This document shows positions 60,401 to 64,000 of a DNA stretch of 64,000 nucleotides, in pieces. Source of the stretch: Pristiophorus japonicus (taxonomy: Eukaryota). The stretch is from NCBI RefSeq assembly GCF_044704955.1, contig NC_091995.1:49724001-49788000 (forward strand), in the 5' to 3' direction. The position numbers were made by a program, and so were the translations under genes. The notes beneath the pieces were generated by a model. The model had not been told where the DNA came from. It saw only the letters and a list, made by a program, of their open reading frames with translations, and ran no database searches. Numbering within the stretch: position 1 is the first letter of the stretch; every line of letters starts with the position of its first letter.

Positions 60401-63400
60401 AGCTGTGTGAGGGTCCAGTCTCACTGTGTGAGGGTCAGTGCTGAGCTGTGTGAGAGTCCAGTCTCACTGTGTGAGGGTCAGTGCTGAGCTGTGTGAAGGT
60501 CCCCTGTGTGAAGGTCCCCTGTGTGAAGGTCCAGTCTCACTGTGTGAGGGTCAGTGCTGAGATGTGTGAGGGTCTAATCTCTATGTGAGTGTCAGTGCTG
60601 AGCTGTGTGAGGGTCCACTCACATGGTGAGCACAGGGTCAGTGCTGAGCTGTGTGAGGGTCAGTGCTGAGCTGTGTGAGGGTCCAGTGTAACTGTGAGTG
60701 TCAGTGCTGAGCTGTGTGAGGGTCCAATCCCACTGTGTGAGGGTCAGTGCTGAGCTGTGTGAGGGTCCAGTGTAACTGTGTGAGGGTCAGTGCTGAGCTG
60801 TGTGAGGGTCCAGTCTCACTGTGTGAGGGTCAGTGCTGAGCTGTGTGAGGGTCAGTGCTGAGCTGTGTGAGGGTCCAGTCTCTCCTTGTGAGGGTCAGTG
60901 CTGAGCTGTGTGAGTGTCCAGTCTCACTGTGTCAGGGTCAGTGCTGCGCTGTGTGAGGGTCCAGTCTCGCTGTATGAGGGTCCAGTCCCACTGTGTGAGG
61001 GTCAGTGCTGAGGTGTGTGAGGGTCCACTCTCATGGTGAGCACCGGGTCAGTGCTGAGCTGTGTAAGGGTCGAGACTCACTGAGCACAGGGTCAGTGCTG
61101 AGCTGTGTGAAGGACCAGTCTCACTGTGTGAGGGTCAGTGCTGTGCTGTGTGCGGGTCCAATCTCATGGTGAGCACAGGGTCAGTGCTGAGCTGTGTGAG
61201 GGTCCAGCCTCACTGTGAGGGTCAGTGCTGAGCTGTGTGAGAGTCCAGTCTCACTGTGTGAGGGTCCAGTCTCACTGTGAGGGTTAGTGCTGAGCTGAGT
61301 GAGGGTCCAGTCTCTCTGTGTGAGGGTCAGTGCTGTGCTGTGTGAGGGTAAGTGCTGAGCTGTGGGAGGGTCCAGTCTCACTGTGTGAGGGTCAGTGCTG
61401 TGCTGTGTGAGGGTCCAGTCTCACTGTGTGAGCGTCAGTGCTGAGCTGTGTGACGGTCCAGCCTCACTGTATGAGGGTCACTGCTGAGCTGTGTGAGGGT
61501 CCAGTCTCACTGTGTGAGGGTCAGTACTGAGCTGTGTGAGGGTCAGTGCTGAGCTGTGTGCGGGTCCAGTCTCATGGTGAGCACAGGGTCAGTGCTGAGC
61601 TGTGTAAGGGTCGAGACTCACTGTGAGCACAGGGTCAGTGCTGAGCTGTGTGAGGGTCCAGTCTCTCTGTGTGAGGGTCAGTGCTGAGCTGTGTGAGAGT
61701 CCAGTCTCACTGTGTGAGGGTCAGTGCTGAGCTGTGTGAGGGTCCAGTCTCACTGTGTGAGGGTCAGTGCTGAGCTGTGTGAGGGTCAGTGCTGAGCTGT
61801 GTGAGGGTCAGTGCTGAGCTGTGTGAGGGTCCAGTCTCACTGTGTGAGGGTCAGTGCTGCGCTGTGTGAGGGTCCAGTCTCGCTGTATGAGGGTCCAGTC
61901 CCACTGTGTGAGGGTCAGTGCTGAGCTGTGTGAGGGTCCAGTCTCACTGTGTGAGGGTCAGTGCTGAGCTGTGTGAGGGTCCACTCTCATGGTGAGCACA
62001 GGGTCAGTGCTGAGCTGTGTAAGGGTCGAGACTCACTGTGTGAAGGTCAGTGCTGAGCTGTGTGAGGGTGCAGTCTCACTTTTTGAGGGTAAGTGCTGAG
62101 CTGTGTGACGGTCCAGTCTCGCTGTGTGAGGGTCAGTGCTGAGCTGTGTGAGGGTCCACTCTCATGGTGAGCACAGGATCAGTACTGAGTTGTGTGAGGG
62201 TCCAGTCTCACTGTGAGGGTCAGTGCTGTGCTGTGTGAGGGTAAGTGCTGAGCTGTGGGAGGGTCCAGTCTCACTGTGTGAGCGTCAGTGCTGAGCTGTG
62301 TGACGGTCCAGCCTCACTGTGGGAGGGTCAGTGCTGAGCTGTGTGAGGTTCCAGTCTCTGTGTGAGGGTCAGTGCTGAGCTGTGTGAGGGTCCAATCCCA
62401 CTGTGTGAGGGTCAGTGCTGAGCTGTGTGAGGGTCCAGTGTAACTGTGAGGGTCAGTGATGAGCTGTGTGAAGGTCCAGCCTCACTGTGGGAGGGTCAGT
62501 GCTGAGCTGTGTGAAGGTCCCCTGTGTGAAGGTCCCCTGTGTGAAGGTCCCCTGTGTGAAGGTCCAGTCTCACTGTATGAGGGTCAGTGCTGAGATGTGT
62601 GAGGGTCCAGTCTCACTGTGTGAGGGTCAGTGCTGAGCTGTATGAGTGTCCAATCTCACTGTGTGAGGGTCAGTGCTGAGCTGTGTGACGGTCCAGTCTC
62701 ACTGTGAGGGTCAGTGCTGAGCTGTGTGAGGGTCAGTGCTGAGCTGTGTAAGGGTCGAGACTCACTGTGAGCACAGGGTCAGTGCTGAGCTGTGTGAGGG
62801 TCCAGTCTCTCTGTGTGAGGGTAAGTGCTGAGCTGTGTGAGGGTCCAGTCTCACTGTGTGAGGGTCAGTGCTGAGCTGTGTGAGGGTCCAGTCTCACTGT
62901 GTCAGGGTCAGTGCTGCGGTGTGTGAGGGTCCAGTCTCGCTGTATGAGGGTCCAGTTCCACTGTGTGATGGTCAGTGCTGAGGTGTGTGAGGGTCCACTC
63001 TCATGGTGAGCACAGGGTCAGTGCTGAGCTGTGTGAGTGTCCAATCTCACTGAGCACAGGGTCAGTACTGAGCTGTGTGAGGGTCCAGTCTCACTGTGTG
63101 AGGGTCAGTGCTGTGCTGTGTGAGGGTCCAGTCTCATGGTGAGCACAGGGTCAGTGCTGAGCTGTGTGAGGGTCCAGCCTCACTGTGAGGGTCAGTGCTG
63201 AGCTGTGTGAGGGTCCAGTCTCGCTGTTTGAGGGTCAGTGCTGAGCTGTGTGAGAGTCCAGTCTCACTGTGTGAGGGTCCAGTCTCACTGTGTGAGGGTC
63301 CAGTCTCACTATGAGGGTTAGTGCTGAGCTGAGTGAGGGTCCAGTCTCACTGGGAGGGTCAGTGCTGAGGTGTGTGAGGGTCTAATCTCACTGTGAGCAC

Positions 63401-64000
63401 AGGGTCAGTGCTGAGCTGAGCGAGGGTCCAGTCTCAGTGTGTGAGGGTCAGTGCTGAGCTGTGTGAGGGTCCAGTCTCACTGTGAGGGACAGTGCTGAGC
63501 TGTGTGACGGTCCAGTCTCACTGTGTGAGGGACAGTGCTGAGCTGTGTGAGGGTCCAGTCTCACTGTGAGAGAGTCAGTGCTGAGCTGTGTGAGGGTCCA
63601 GTCTCACTGTGTGAGGGTCAGTGCTGAGCTGTGTGAGGGTCCAGTCTCACTGTGTGAGGGTCAGTGCTGAGCTGTGTGAGGGTCCAGTCTCGCTGTATGA
63701 GGGTCCAGTCTCACTCTGTGAGGGTCCGTGCTGAGGTCTGTGAGGGTCCGTGCTGAGGTGTGTGAGGGTCTAATCTCTATGTGAGGGTCAGTGCTGAGCT
63801 GTGTGAGGTTCCACTCTCATGGTGAGCATAGGTTCAGTGCTGAGCTGTGTGAGGGTCCAGTCTCTCTGTGTGAGGGTCAGTGCTGAGCTGTGTGAGTGTC
63901 CAGTCTCACTGAGGGTCAATGCTGAGCTGTGTGAGGGTCCAGTCTCACTGTGTGAGGGTCAGTGCTGAGCTGTGTGAGGGTCCAGTCTCACTTTTTGAGG
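57480..64000. repeat. 43-bp (21+22 dimer) satellite filling intron 4, more than 6.5 kb
   Basis: gtgtgagggtccagtctcact + gtgtgagggtcagtgctgagct, running to the end of the window. Confidence 0.98.

Noticed and set aside
57480-64000. CRISPR-like array
   Set aside because: There are no unique spacers; it is a eukaryotic intronic satellite.

Overview
Repeat-dominated vertebrate genomic DNA, most likely from a shark (inferred from the CR1, L2, Gypsy and SINE families and the class I protein sequence). The only clear host gene is an MHC class I alpha chain on the + strand: leader, a1, a2 and a3 exons at 50131-57457, with TM/cytoplasmic exons outside the window. It has nonclassical anchor substitutions and an ISRE plus S-X-Y promoter. 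The rest is nested mobile DNA. The most striking structure is a head-to-tail array of three distinct Tx1-clade non-LTR retrotransposons (17170-33768, - strand), one with both ORFs intact. All three are inserted at the same nucleotide of a CR1 ORF2, and the CR1-derived 14-mer TCCTTGTGCATGAA is repeated at every 3' junction. This looks like a sequence-specific retrotransposon that targets CR1 LINEs. The array lies in a 26-kb five-level nest: CR1(-) > TIR element > minisatellite > CR1(+) > Tx1, with a Gypsy also inside the TIR element. All alignments were done by eye, so repeat boundaries may be off by a few bases.
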